NCBI GenBank assembly: GCA_044226625.1
Contig: JBGAGQ010000002.1
Span: 128,001 to 192,000, forward strand
Length of the DNA stretch: 64,000 nucleotides
Source: Thermoanaerobaculia bacterium
GTDB lineage: Bacteria > Acidobacteriota > Thermoanaerobaculia > Multivoradales > UBA5704
Reading direction: 5' to 3'
Below, in pieces: positions 38,550-48,865 of the stretch. Numbering within the stretch: position 1 is the first letter of the stretch; every line of letters starts with the position of its first letter. Under the pieces are notes generated by a model. It was given only the letters and a program-made list of their open reading frames with translations, was not told the origin of the DNA and searched no databases. The translations under genes were made by a program, and so were the position numbers.

Positions 38550-38889
38550 AGCGATCTTCGAGGCGGATGACATCGTCGAGCTCCGGCGAGGAGACCTCGA
38601 TGATGTCGCACCCGGAAGCACCCGCCACCATCCGATGCTTGGTAAAGGGCGTGATCCGGTACGAGTCACCGGCGCGCAGGATCACCGAGACCATCTCGCC
38701 GTTTTCTTCAACCTGGAGCTCCACCTCACCGTCGCGGAGGAATAGCGTCTCGTCCTTCTTCTCGTGGTACTGGAGCGAGAGGGCATGCCCGGCGTCGACG
38801 TGCAGGATCTTGCCCACGTAGCGGTCGGTATGCGCGAAGATCAACTCGTAACCCCAGGGTTTATCGACACGGCGAATGGACTGTTGCAT
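38536..38889 (-). CDS. Cupin (type II mannose-6-phosphate isomerase C-terminal-like)
   Basis: KPWGYE, LSLQYH-x-x-K-x-ET, HRM, EVS and DDVIRLED motifs. Confidence 0.85.
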   Translation of the reverse strand: MQQSIRRVDKPWGYELIFAHTDRYVGKILHVDAGHALSLQYHEKKDETLFLRDGEVELQVEENGEMVSVILRAGDSYRITPFTKHRMVAGASGCDIIEVSSPELDDVIRLEDRYGRT

Positions 38890-38915
38890 GAGAACTCCAG
38901 TTTCAGTTTCGGAAG

Positions 38916-40694
38916 TTAGCCGTTCCGTTCCACGGCAGCGGCGATTTCGACGAGGGAGCGGTCGACCCGTTCATCGATCTCCCTCGCGGTGCGTAGGTCG
39001 AGGCAACCCAAAGCTACCTCGCTGAGCTGGCGGGAGTCGAGCGCTCGGATCCAGGTTTTGATCTTGGGGACCAGCCGCGGGCTCACCGAGAGCCGTCTCA
39101 GGCCAAGACCCACGAGGACCGAGGCGAACCGAGGATCGGCGCCCATCTCACCGCAAAGGCTGACCTCGATCCCCGCCTTGGCGGCGTTCGCGATGACGAA
39201 GCGTAGCATGCGCAAGATCGCGGGATGGAGGGGCTGGTAGAGAGGCGCCACGTGCTCGTTGTTGCGATCGACGGCGAGCGAGTACTGGATCAGGTCGTTC
39301 GTGCCGATCGAGAAGAAATCCACCTCGGTGGCGAGAGCGTCCGAAATCATGGCGGCGGCGGGAACCTCGATCATCGAGCCCAGCTTGACGTCACGTCGGA
39401 AAGGCACGCCGTCGCGCTCGAGCTCCGCCATCACCTCGGCGGAGTACGCGCGGAACTCGCGAATCTCCTCTAGGGTCGAAACCATCGGAAGCATGATCCA
39501 GAGCTCGCCGTGAAGTGCCGCGCGGAACAAGCCGCGAAGCTGGGGCCGGAACACCTCGCGCCGGGCGAGCGTCAAGCGAATACCTCGCAGGCCGAGCACC
39601 GGATTCTCTTCGCGAGTGTCCATCATTTCCCGCGCCAGCTTCCGGCCTCCCAGGTCGTACGTCCGGATGATCGCCGGATGAGGCGCCGCGGTCTCGACGA
39701 TCCTCCGATAGAGCTCGAAGTGCTCTTCCTCGGTCGGCTGTTCCGGACTCTTCTCGATGTAGAGGAACTCACTGCGATACAGGCCCACCCCTTCGGCACC
39801 GAAACGAACCGCTTCGTCGACCTCTTCGGGGAGGTCGATGTTCGCCATCAGATGGACGCGCACGTTGTCCCGCGTGACCGTCGCGAGGTCGCGCGTCTTG
39901 AGGAGCGACTCCTCTTTCCGTTCGAGCTCGCCCCGGCGGCGGCGGTACTCCACCAGCACTTCGGGAGTCGGATGAGCGATCAGGACGCCGGCGTCGCCGT
40001 CGAGGATGACCTGCGCGGCGTCGGTGATCCGTTCGCCGAGTCCTTCGAGGCCGACGATCGCCGGCAGGTGCAGCGAGCGGGCGATGATCGTCGTATGCGA
40101 AGTCCGCCCACCGGTCTCGATGGCGAACCCCATCACGCGTTTGCGCCCAAGTCGGACGGCGTCGGAGGGAGTGAGGTCGTCGGCGATGATGATCAGATCG
40201 TCCTCGATCTCGGACAGCTCGTGATGCGAGATTCCTTGAAGCGCCCGCAGCACGTGCCGGGAAACGTCGGTGACGTCCTCGCTCCGTTCCCGCAGATAGC
40301 TGTCGTCCAGATGAGCGAATTGTTCGTCGATCTCCTCGGCGATCTTCGAAACCGCCCATTCGGCGTTGACGTGCCGGTCGCGGATCCGGTCGACCACTCG
40401 GCCCAAGAAGCCGGAATCGTTGAGCAGGAGGACGTGGGCGTCAAAGATCGCCGCCAGCTCATCCCCGACCTTCTCGCTCGCCCGAGCGCGAGTCTTCTCG
40501 AGGTCCGCCTGAGCTTGCCGCACCGCGGCGTGAAAGCGTTCGACTTCCGCCTCGATTTCGTCCGGCGGGATCGGCAACCGAAATACTTCACCCACGCGAG
40601 TCGAGATCGACACCGCGCGACCGATCGCGATCCCAGCCGAAACGCCCATCCCGCGGACCTCGATCATCTCCATCTTTTCAACGACTTCTTCCAC
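38916..40694 (-). CDS. ptsI: PTS enzyme I
   Basis: GGRTSHTTIIAR, GVGLYRSEF, ENPVLGLRGIR, MIEVP, SIGTNDL and CGEM motifs. Confidence 0.97.
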   Translation of the reverse strand: MEEVVEKMEMIEVRGMGVSAGIAIGRAVSISTRVGEVFRLPIPPDEIEAEVERFHAAVRQAQADLEKTRARASEKVGDELAAIFDAHVLLLNDSGFLGRVVDRIRDRHVNAEWAVSKIAEEIDEQFAHLDDSYLRERSEDVTDVSRHVLRALQGISHHELSEIEDDLIIIADDLTPSDAVRLGRKRVMGFAIETGGRTSHTTIIARSLHLPAIVGLEGLGERITDAAQVILDGDAGVLIAHPTPEVLVEYRRRRGELERKEESLLKTRDLATVTRDNVRVHLMANIDLPEEVDEAVRFGAEGVGLYRSEFLYIEKSPEQPTEEEHFELYRRIVETAAPHPAIIRTYDLGGRKLAREMMDTREENPVLGLRGIRLTLARREVFRPQLRGLFRAALHGELWIMLPMVSTLEEIREFRAYSAEVMAELERDGVPFRRDVKLGSMIEVPAAAMISDALATEVDFFSIGTNDLIQYSLAVDRNNEHVAPLYQPLHPAILRMLRFVIANAAKAGIEVSLCGEMGADPRFASVLVGLGLRRLSVSPRLVPKIKTWIRALDSRQLSEVALGCLDLRTAREIDERVDRSLVEIAAAVERNG

Positions 40695-40963
40695 TAAGAC
40701 TCCTCGCCGAAACGGGCCGCGAACAGATGCGCGACCGCCTTCAGGGCTTCAATTTCGTCTTCTCCTTCCGTCCGCACGGTCAAGGTCGACCCCTGTGCGG
40801 CCGCGAGCAGGAGGATTCCCAAGATGCTCTTGCCGTCGATCTCCTCACCCTCACGGATCAGGGTCACCCGGCTCTTGTAGCCGCTCGTGGTCTGCACCAG
40901 CTTGGCGGCAGCCCGGGCATGTAGCCCCAGGCGGTTTATGATCTCAAGGGTTTGCTCAATCAT
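40694..40963 (-). CDS. ptsH: Phosphocarrier HPr
   Basis: GLHARAA (His15) and GKSILG (Ser46). Confidence 0.95.
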   Translation of the reverse strand: MIEQTLEIINRLGLHARAAAKLVQTTSGYKSRVTLIREGEEIDGKSILGILLLAAAQGSTLTVRTEGEDEIEALKAVAHLFAARFGEES

Positions 40964-41423
40964 CCGAACAGATGCTCCCCCGCCCACGGTTCCCTCCCGC
41001 CATTCCACACTCTCCGCCGGACGACTTGGGGACGCAATCGCTTCCCAGCCGAACGCTCTCTACCACCTTGCTCTTGAGCCAACGCGCGAGATCGCCGAGC
41101 GTCATCGCTTCCGTACCCGGACAACCGAGCCGGACGATCATCGGGAGGTTGAGCCCGCTCAGGACCTCGACCCGGTCGGGCGCTAGCTGGGACATGGCGA
41201 TCCGCGCGGGCGTGCCACCGAAGAGGTCGGTGAGGACGAGAACGCCGTCGCCTCGATCGGCTCCCGCGATCGCGGAACGCAACCGGTCGGAAGAGCGAAC
41301 GGGATCCTCGTCCCATCCGAGCGCGACTTCCTCGACGTCCGCCGGGTGGCCCAGGATTTTCTCGGCGGCAACCAGGAGCGCGCGCGCCCACTCCCCTTGC
41401 GTGACGATCAATCTTCCTACCAT
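40956..41423 (-). CDS. Mannose-type PTS EIIA, phospho-His replaced by Gln
   Basis: IVTQG (canonical VTHG), LTDLFGGTP and GLNLPM motifs. Confidence 0.88.
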   Translation of the reverse strand: MVGRLIVTQGEWARALLVAAEKILGHPADVEEVALGWDEDPVRSSDRLRSAIAGADRGDGVLVLTDLFGGTPARIAMSQLAPDRVEVLSGLNLPMIVRLGCPGTEAMTLGDLARWLKSKVVESVRLGSDCVPKSSGGECGMAGGNRGRGSICSDD

Positions 41424-41538
41424 GGGAAGGCCTCTATCTGCCAGCGTCTCGCCTCCGGTCCGCCGGTTCTTTCACTGAGGTCCGGCGCCGCGGCCGACTG
41501 GGAACGCTTCGATCGGGCCGGCGATTCGCCGGCTCGCG

Positions 41539-42444
41539 TCACTTCGCGATGTCGCGATGAATCACGCGGGCCGGAAATCCGACCTCGTCGAGCTTTCCGC
41601 GAAGCTTCTCACAGACCGCGACCGAACGGTGTCTGCCGCCCGTACATCCGACGGCTATCGAGAGGTAACTGCGGTTCTCCCCGCGAAATTTCGGCAGGAG
41701 GAAGCCGAGCAAGTCGGCCAGCCGGTCGACCAGCTCGCCGTAGTCGGGAAGCGCTTCAAGGTAGGTGACGACCTCCTCGTCCTGTCCGGTCTTTTCCCGT
41801 AGGCCCGGGACGAAATGAGGGTTGGGCAGGTAACGGACGTCGAACAGCAGGTCCGTTCCGTAAGGGATGCCCCGTTTGAAGCCGAAGCTGGTCAGGCTCA
41901 CCGCCATGCCCGGTTCGACGCCGTGGGAAAACTCGCGAAAGACCTGGCTTCGAATCTCGTGGATCGTCAGCTCGCTCGAGTCGAGCACCCGATCGGCGAG
42001 GGCACGCAATTCGGTGAGCAGGTCCCTTTCATGACGGATCCCCTCGATCGCGGAGCCGTCGCCGGCGAGAGGGTGCGGCCGGCGTGTCTCGGAGAACCGC
42101 CGGATCAAGACCTCGTTCGAGGCTTCGAGGAACAGGAGCGTCGGCTCGATCCGCGCGCGGTCGATCTCGCGAAAGAGCCGCGGCAGCTCGTCGGCGAACC
42201 CCGGCGCGCGCACGTCGGTGACCACCGCGATGCGGTCGTGCCCGGGAACGTGCCGCGCTGGATCTTCGAGGAACTGCCGCAACAGGGGAAGTGGCAGGTT
42301 GTCGACCGTGTAGTAATCGAGATCTTCGAATCCTCGTGCGACCACGCTCTTGCCGGAACCGGACATTCCGGTGATTAGGACCAGCTTCACCCGCCCGGCG
42401 CGATCGCCGGGTTCTTGAGTGGGCTCTTCAGGTGCGGCGCACAC
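41539..42444 (-). CDS. rapZ: RNase adapter RapZ
   Basis: TGMSGSGKS, VDNLP, RRFSETRRPHP, SFGFK-x-G, DVRYLPNP and GCTGGRHRSV motifs. Confidence 0.95.
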   Translation of the reverse strand: MCAAPEEPTQEPGDRAGRVKLVLITGMSGSGKSVVARGFEDLDYYTVDNLPLPLLRQFLEDPARHVPGHDRIAVVTDVRAPGFADELPRLFREIDRARIEPTLLFLEASNEVLIRRFSETRRPHPLAGDGSAIEGIRHERDLLTELRALADRVLDSSELTIHEIRSQVFREFSHGVEPGMAVSLTSFGFKRGIPYGTDLLFDVRYLPNPHFVPGLREKTGQDEEVVTYLEALPDYGELVDRLADLLGFLLPKFRGENRSYLSIAVGCTGGRHRSVAVCEKLRGKLDEVGFPARVIHRDIAK

Positions 42445-43399
42445 GATTCCGTTCGATCTCCGCTTCCAACTTGCGCACGAATTCCCGGGCGGAATGATGT
42501 CCCTGCAGCTTGAGCACGTGATTGCGGGCGGCGATTTCCACCAGGACGCTCACGTTGCGGCCGAGCGCGACCGGCATCCGGATGTAAGGACAGGGGGTGT
42601 CGAGGATGTGGTAGACGGTCTCGTCCAGACCCAGGCGATCGTATGCGCGCCCGTCGACCCAAGGCTCCAACTCGATCACGAGATCGATGTTCGCCCGCTC
42701 CCGCACCGAGGAGAGCCCGAACATGTCATGGACGTTGATGATCCCCAGCCCGCGCAGCTCCATGTGGTGGCGCACGGGGCCGGTCGAGAACCCGGCGAGG
42801 TCGCCGTTGGGAAACCGCTTGACGGTTACCCGGTCGTCGGCCACCAGGCTGTGGCCGCGGGTGATCAGGTCGAGGGCCGACTCGCTCTTGCCCACGCCGC
42901 TCTCGCCGATCAGGAGCACACCGAGTCCGTAAATCGACAGGAGGACTCCGTGAAGGGTGGTCGAGGGGACGAGGTGCTCTTCGAGGAAGTAGCTGATCCC
43001 CTTGATCACCGTCGAGGACAACGCCGTCGACGAGAGGACCGGAACCTCGCGCGCCTGGCAGTAGGAGAGGAAGCCGGGAAGAGGCGAGATGCCCTTGGTG
43101 AGCACGAAGACCGGCACCGGAAGCGCCGTGATGTTCTCGAACCGCTCGCGGCGCTCGTCCTCGGAAAGGGTCGACAGGTATTCGGTTTCGCTCTCCCCTA
43201 CGATCTGCACCCGCCCCGGCTTGATGTAGGCGTAGTAGCCGGCGAACGCGAGTCCGGGCTTCTGTACGCGCGGATGGGTGATCTTGTTGTCCAAATGGGA
43301 CTGGCCTGACAGGACGCGCAGGTGGAGGTCGAGCAGCTCTTCGCCGAGAAGCTCGCGAACCTCGACCGTGCCCGACGTGGCGATCGAACCGGTTTCCAT
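42428..43399 (-). CDS. hprK: HPr kinase/phosphorylase
   Basis: LHGVL, GESGVGKSE, LVADD, ELRGLGII and GRN motifs. Confidence 0.96.
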   Translation of the reverse strand: METGSIATSGTVEVRELLGEELLDLHLRVLSGQSHLDNKITHPRVQKPGLAFAGYYAYIKPGRVQIVGESETEYLSTLSEDERRERFENITALPVPVFVLTKGISPLPGFLSYCQAREVPVLSSTALSSTVIKGISYFLEEHLVPSTTLHGVLLSIYGLGVLLIGESGVGKSESALDLITRGHSLVADDRVTVKRFPNGDLAGFSTGPVRHHMELRGLGIINVHDMFGLSSVRERANIDLVIELEPWVDGRAYDRLGLDETVYHILDTPCPYIRMPVALGRNVSVLVEIAARNHVLKLQGHHSAREFVRKLEAEIERNRVRRT

Positions 43400-43848
43400 C
43401 AGCTCTCGGTCTCCAGGAGGGCGTAGATGGCGGCGGGCGACTCCGCCTCGAGCACCGCGGCGATCCGGCCCGGCGCGCGCACCCACCGCGAGATCGCCGC
43501 GAGTACCTGGAGATGCTCGGCCGGGGACTGGACCGGCGACATGACCAGGAAAAACAGCTTGACGGGAAGGCCGTCGACGGCGCGGAACTCGATTCCGTCC
43601 GGGGCGATCCCGATTGCGAGGACCGCGCGATCGATCCCTCGGAGCTTACAGTGCGGAATCGCGACCCCACCGCCGACACCAGTCGAACCGAGCGCCTCCC
43701 GCTCGGCGAGCCGGGTCTCGAGCTCGCGCGCGTCGGGTACGCCGCCCGCGACGGCGATCCGGTTCGAGAGCTCTTCGAGCACGTCCTTCCCGGACGATCC
43801 CAGGTCCGGGAAGATCAGCTCCGGGCGGGTCAGGGCGGCGAGGCGCAT
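43399..43848 (-). CDS. ptsN: PTS EIIA (Ntr/fructose type)
   Basis: REALGSTGVGGGVAIPH and HLQVLAAISR motifs; rpoN operon context. Confidence 0.9.
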   Translation of the reverse strand: MRLAALTRPELIFPDLGSSGKDVLEELSNRIAVAGGVPDARELETRLAEREALGSTGVGGGVAIPHCKLRGIDRAVLAIGIAPDGIEFRAVDGLPVKLFFLVMSPVQSPAEHLQVLAAISRWVRAPGRIAAVLEAESPAAIYALLETES

Positions 43849-43861
43849 TCCCCTCCCGCCT

Positions 43862-44404
43862 CTAGAACTCGGGGGCGATCAGGCCGAAGTTCTGGTCCTT
43901 GCGCTTGTAGAGGACCGAAACGCGCTCGTTCGCCGCGTCGAGGAAGACGACGAACTCGCTTCGTCCTGCGCCGAGCTTCTGGACGGCTTCCTCGATTGTC
44001 ATCGGTTTGATCTCGAGCCGGCTCGACTTGATAACCCGCGGGCCGCCGTCGTTCGCCAGGCTCTCGCCATCGAGCACGTCCACCGGCCAGTGGTTCGCGG
44101 TCGACTCGCGCCGACGCCGCGCGACACGCCGGGTCTTTTCGCGATCCGCCTGTCGTTCGGCCTTGCTCGCCGCGGCGCCGATCGCCTCGAACATGTTCTC
44201 GTCGCTGCTTTCCTCGGCCTGGATGGTTCCGTGGCGGTGATGGATATGGAGGTCCGCGACGTATTTTCTCTTCTCGGCCGAGAGCGTGACCCGTACGTCG
44301 ATCGGATCGTCGAGCAGCTTTTCGAGCTTTTTGAGCTTCTCGGAGACCTGATCGCGGACGCGGTCGTCGATCGTGTAGTTGCGCCCGTTGTACTCGATGT
44401 TCAT
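43862..44404 (-). CDS. hpf: Ribosome hibernation promoting factor (long HPF)
   Basis: MNIEYNGRN, KPMTIEEA and VLYKRKD-x-x-FGLI; directly follows rpoN. Confidence 0.92.
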   Translation of the reverse strand: MNIEYNGRNYTIDDRVRDQVSEKLKKLEKLLDDPIDVRVTLSAEKRKYVADLHIHHRHGTIQAEESSDENMFEAIGAAASKAERQADREKTRRVARRRRESTANHWPVDVLDGESLANDGGPRVIKSSRLEIKPMTIEEAVQKLGAGRSEFVVFLDAANERVSVLYKRKDQNFGLIAPEF

Positions 44405-44437
44405 CGCATTCCCCTTGCCGTCCCTGGCGTACCTTGG

Positions 44438-45937
44438 CTAGAAAATCTGTTTGCGGTCGTTCGAGGATGGAATGTGCAGCTCGTCGCGATATTTGGCCAC
44501 CGTCCGGCGCGCGATCTGGATCCCCTCGCGGTTCAGGATGCGCATCAGCTCGCTATCCGAAAGCGGCTGACGAGGATCCTCGGCGCTGATCATCTGCTCG
44601 ATCTTCCGTTTCACCGTGAGCGACGAGATGTTTTCACCGTAGTCGCGGTCGATGCCGCTATGGAAGAAGAACTTGAGCGGAAACAGGCCCCGCGGCGTAT
44701 GGATGTACTTGTTCGACACGACGCGAGACACCGTCGACTCGTGCATCGAGATGTCCTCGGCCACGTCGCGCAGGACCATCGGCCGCAGGTAGTCGATTCC
44801 CTGGTCGAGGAAGTCCTGCTGCTGGCGCACGATCGAAGCGGCCACCTTGTAGATGGTCCGCTGGCGCTGGTCGAGGCTCTTGATCAGCCAGACCGCCGAC
44901 CGCATCTTGTCCTTGATGAAGCTCTGCGCCTCGGCCTGCTGCCCCTCGCTGCGCATCTTCGCGAGCATGCGCCGGTAGGCGCGCGAAACGCGCAAGCGCG
45001 GCAAGCCGTCGTCGTTCAATTGGATCACGTACTCGCTGCCGACACGGCGCACGAAAACGTCGGGCTCGATGTAGTGGACGCGTTCGTTCGAGAACTGGCG
45101 CCCCGGACAGGTCTCGAGGGTCCGAATCAGCTCGATCGCCGGCTCGAGCTCGGCAAGCTCGATGCCGAGCTTCTTGGCCACCAGGGGAAACTGGCGCCGT
45201 AGGAAGAGGTCCCAGGCCTCGGCGATCACCCGCCGGGCGAGCGCCTCGTCGGCTTCCGTCTCGGCGTCCGGGTCGTCCCCGGCGCGCCGACGGTGAAGAT
45301 GGTCGAGCTGTAGCTCCAGGCTCTCACGCAGGTTCGCGCAGGCGATGCCGGGCGGATCGAAGCTGCGCACCAGCGCGAGCGCTTTCTCGACATCTTCCAA
45401 AGTGTATCGATTCTCGTCCTCGAGATCCCCCATCGCGCGGATCTCTTCCGCGGTCGCGACCAGGAAGCCGTCGGCGTCCAAGTTTCCGATGATCAGCTCG
45501 CCGATCTCGCGCTCGATCGGTGTGCATTCCCCCATGTGGAGCTGCCACAGCAGATGGTCGTAGAGGTCCCCTTCGCGCGAGAGGCTGTTTTCGAGCGGTG
45601 AAGCTTCGCGCGTCTCGATCATCGAAGGCTCGTAGGACGAGTCCCACTCATCGCCGAAATAGGCGTCGAGATCGATGTTGTCCATCGACTCCCGATGGTC
45701 GATGACGTCGCCGTTGGGAAGCGGGGGCTCCTCCTTCGGGGAGACGCTCTCGTCGTCCTCTTCGATCTCGGCGTTCTCGCTCGCCTCTTCGAGCACCGGA
45801 TTCTCGACCAGCTCTTGAGCCAGGACGGACTCGAGCTCCATTCGGGTCATTTGCAGAAGCTTGATCGCCTGCTGCAGCGAAGGCGTCATCACCAGCTTCT
45901 GGGACAGCTTGAGCGAAAGTCGTTGCTCGAGGGCCAT
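44438..45937 (-). CDS. rpoN: RNA polymerase sigma-54
   Basis: MTPSLQQAIKLLQ, MHESTVSR and RpoN box ARRTVAKYR. Confidence 0.98.
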   Translation of the reverse strand: MALEQRLSLKLSQKLVMTPSLQQAIKLLQMTRMELESVLAQELVENPVLEEASENAEIEEDDESVSPKEEPPLPNGDVIDHRESMDNIDLDAYFGDEWDSSYEPSMIETREASPLENSLSREGDLYDHLLWQLHMGECTPIEREIGELIIGNLDADGFLVATAEEIRAMGDLEDENRYTLEDVEKALALVRSFDPPGIACANLRESLELQLDHLHRRRAGDDPDAETEADEALARRVIAEAWDLFLRRQFPLVAKKLGIELAELEPAIELIRTLETCPGRQFSNERVHYIEPDVFVRRVGSEYVIQLNDDGLPRLRVSRAYRRMLAKMRSEGQQAEAQSFIKDKMRSAVWLIKSLDQRQRTIYKVAASIVRQQQDFLDQGIDYLRPMVLRDVAEDISMHESTVSRVVSNKYIHTPRGLFPLKFFFHSGIDRDYGENISSLTVKRKIEQMISAEDPRQPLSDSELMRILNREGIQIARRTVAKYRDELHIPSSNDRKQIF

Positions 45938-45954
45938 GAAGTGTCTCCCCCCGC

Positions 45955-46725
45955 TTAGAGAGAAAAGTCCTCTCCCAGATAGATCTTGCGCACCTGGGGG
46001 TCGGAGGCGAGCTCCTTGGGTGTACCCGATTTCAGGATAGAGCCGTTGTTGATGATGTACGCCCGGTCGGTGATCTTCAGGGTCTCCCGAACGTTGTGGT
46101 CGGTGATCAGCACGCCGATGCCCATCTTCTTCAAATGCCGGACGATCCTCTGGATGTCGATGACCGCGATCGGATCGATGCCGGCGAACGGTTCGTCGAG
46201 CAGGATATACCAGGGGCTGATGACCAAAGCCCGCGCGATTTCGACTCGCCGCCGCTCGCCGCCGGACAGGGTGTAGCCTCGGCTCTTGCGCACCTTGCCG
46301 AGGCCGAAGTCGGCGATCAACTGGTCGATCCTCCGCTCCTGCTCGGCATGGGAGAGGTCGAGCGTCTCGAACACCGAGCGCAGATTGTTCTCGACCGTCA
46401 TCTTGCGGAAGATCGATGGTTCCTGCGGCAGGTAGCTGATGCCGCGTTGCGCGCGCAGGTACATCGGCAGCTCCGTGATGTCGTCCTCGCCGAGGAATAC
46501 CGACCCCTCGTCGGGTGGAGTCAAGCCGACCACCATGTAGAAGGTGGTGGTCTTGCCCGCGCCGTTCGGCCCGAGCAGCCCGACGATCTCGCCCGGGCCC
46601 ACTTCGATCGAGACCCCTCCGACGACCGCGCGCCCGCGATAGACCTTCCGCAGATTGGCCGTCGAGAGCGTCTGCGGCGCCTCGCCGTTCGGCTCCCGCT
46701 GGAGATCCCGACCGTTTTCGTTCAC
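45955..46725 (-). CDS. lptB: LPS export ABC ATPase
   Basis: [34 protein letters not shown] and [10 protein letters not shown] motifs. Confidence 0.97.
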   Translation of the reverse strand: MNENGRDLQREPNGEAPQTLSTANLRKVYRGRAVVGGVSIEVGPGEIVGLLGPNGAGKTTTFYMVVGLTPPDEGSVFLGEDDITELPMYLRAQRGISYLPQEPSIFRKMTVENNLRSVFETLDLSHAEQERRIDQLIADFGLGKVRKSRGYTLSGGERRRVEIARALVISPWYILLDEPFAGIDPIAVIDIQRIVRHLKKMGIGVLITDHNVRETLKITDRAYIINNGSILKSGTPKELASDPQVRKIYLGEDFSL

Positions 46726-48770
46726 CGATGTCCCTCCTGTCCGATCGGATTGGCCGGCTTGGCGGCGGGGCTTTGGACGCCCGCCTTGCCTTTGATCTCG
46801 ACCTTGCCGCCGTCCACGAAATAGACCACCTGCCCACCCTGGATCTGGTTGCCGTCTTTGTCGCGCATCTTGACCGGCGCGCCAGAGGTGCCCGAAAAGT
46901 CGATCTGTCGAGCATCGACCGAGTAGATCGCGCGCTCGCCCGTGATCGTCTTGCCGCTCTGGGGATCGTTGAGACGGGCGTCGCCCGTGCAGGTCATCTT
47001 CTCCGCTTTCTTGTCTTCCTTGAGATCGACGTCAAGCGCCTTGCAGGACAGGGTTCGGGCGGTCTGGGTCACCCGCACCCCTCCGCTGTAGGAGACCTTG
47101 CGCCCGCTCTGGCTGTAGACCATCTCCGGGGCGATCACCTCGATCGGCTCCTGCGGCTTACCCGTCGATCGGTCCTCATCCTCCGGAACCCAGAGCGATT
47201 TGACGCTCCCCTTGGCGTAGAGACGATCCTCCGCCTTGTCGCCTCGAAGCTCCTCGGCGAGCAGCAGATCTTTGCCGCGCCAGGCTCGGACCGCGCCACG
47301 GAAGAGGAACGATTGCGGGTTCGATCGGTAGTACGCCTCTCGGGCGTCGACCCAGACCGGCCCCTTACCCGAGCCGAGCGCCGAGCCTGCGAGCCCCGCC
47401 TCGTCCGCTCGCGTGAGCAGGGCGCGCACGCCGCCGTCGGCTCGGAGCAGACCGGTCTTCTTCTCCCACACGACGTGAGGCCCGGTCATACGGCCACGAT
47501 CGCTCTCCGCCTCGACCGGGGCGCCGAAGAACTCTCCCTGCCCCGAATCGAGCTGTAAGACGGCCCGGTCGCCGCGTGCCTTGGTCCGACCGTCCGTGAA
47601 GCGGACGTCCTGGCGCAGGATCGCCTCGGCGAGCTGGCCGCTCGGTCCGAAGTTGGCGAGCGCGCCGAGCGCGTGGGCGGTGCGAGGTAGAACCGGGGGC
47701 TGCCCCTTCTTGGGCGCGACGGTTTCGATCAAGTCGACGCCGGTGACGCCGCGAGCGGTCTTCATTACGCCGTCGATCATCCGACCCTCGAGGCGGCGTG
47801 AGGTCAGCTTTCGAGTCAACCCCGAGCCGGTCGCCACGAGGGTCGCCGGATCGATAGGCGTTCCTTCGAGCTCGATCTCGCGCGCGGACGCCTCCTGCGG
47901 CGGCGTCAACATGCCGAACGTTTTGCCAGAGAAGGTGACGCGCGCGGCGCCCGGCTGATCGCTGTGGCCCGCGAGCGATCCCGAGACGTTCAGGACGGCG
48001 CGAACGAACACGGCGCTCCGTTCATCGGGGCCGAGGAACGTATTGATGATCTGCGCCGTCATGCGGTCCCCGCCGCGCTGGAGCTGGACCTGGCCTTCCG
48101 ATCGGAGCCGGCGGCTCTTCCGCTCGTAGACGACGCGGTCGGCGCGGAGCGCCACCGCGGGGACGACCCCGGGAAGGCTGTGCAACTCGACGTTTCCGAC
48201 CAGGATGTACATCTCGCGGTCGAGGTGAATGCGCAGCAGGTCGGAGCGCACGCGGTATTGCGCCCCACCGGCCTCGCCGTAGCCGATGTCGACCGGCTGG
48301 ACGCTCGCGAGGATCTTGCCCTGATCCTGCAGGAGGAGTACGGGCGTCTGAAGCGTGAGACCTTCCGGCCCGCGGAGGCGAACCTGGCCTTCGAGGCGAC
48401 CTTCGTTCTGGAGACGGTTGAAGCTCGCGGTGCGGCTTTCGACCTCGTAGGACCTACCCTGCGCGTCGTACAGCGTGAGGCCGACCTTGTCGAGGTAGAT
48501 CGTTTCCTGCCGGTCGGCTTTGACGCTCTCCCCGCGAATCCGGAAGAGCGGCTTTTCGCCTTCCGTGAAGGTGTAGTCGAAATCCTGGCCGATCAGTGCG
48601 AGGTTCTCGGTCTTGTCCGGTAGGTCCGTACCGGTTCGCGGGCGTGGCTTCGCCGTCTCCCGACCCGATCGGCCGAACCAGAACAAACCTCCGAGCGCGG
48701 CCAGGCCGAGGACGAAAGCGACCAACAGGACCCGGCGGATCCAGGCGACAGGGGAACGAAGCTTCGCCAT
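46722..48770 (-). CDS. Long LptC/LptA (OstA-like multi-jellyroll) protein
   Basis: N-terminal TM anchor; repeated beta-jellyroll segments; overlaps the lptB start. Confidence 0.8.
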   Translation of the reverse strand: MAKLRSPVAWIRRVLLVAFVLGLAALGGLFWFGRSGRETAKPRPRTGTDLPDKTENLALIGQDFDYTFTEGEKPLFRIRGESVKADRQETIYLDKVGLTLYDAQGRSYEVESRTASFNRLQNEGRLEGQVRLRGPEGLTLQTPVLLLQDQGKILASVQPVDIGYGEAGGAQYRVRSDLLRIHLDREMYILVGNVELHSLPGVVPAVALRADRVVYERKSRRLRSEGQVQLQRGGDRMTAQIINTFLGPDERSAVFVRAVLNVSGSLAGHSDQPGAARVTFSGKTFGMLTPPQEASAREIELEGTPIDPATLVATGSGLTRKLTSRRLEGRMIDGVMKTARGVTGVDLIETVAPKKGQPPVLPRTAHALGALANFGPSGQLAEAILRQDVRFTDGRTKARGDRAVLQLDSGQGEFFGAPVEAESDRGRMTGPHVVWEKKTGLLRADGGVRALLTRADEAGLAGSALGSGKGPVWVDAREAYYRSNPQSFLFRGAVRAWRGKDLLLAEELRGDKAEDRLYAKGSVKSLWVPEDEDRSTGKPQEPIEVIAPEMVYSQSGRKVSYSGGVRVTQTARTLSCKALDVDLKEDKKAEKMTCTGDARLNDPQSGKTITGERAIYSVDARQIDFSGTSGAPVKMRDKDGNQIQGGQVVYFVDGGKVEIKGKAGVQSPAAKPANPIGQEGHR

Positions 48771-48865
48771 GCAAGAGGCATTCTACGTGTTGGCACAACG
48801 ATTGAAAGGGCTTGACAAGGACACCGACATCTGGCCGCGCCGGCCGAGCCGCCGCTCGGGCTCGA

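Noticed and set aside
48790-48806. TTGGCACAACGATTGA sigma54-like site
   Set aside because: The -12 is TTGA rather than TTGC, and it points antisense into recJ.
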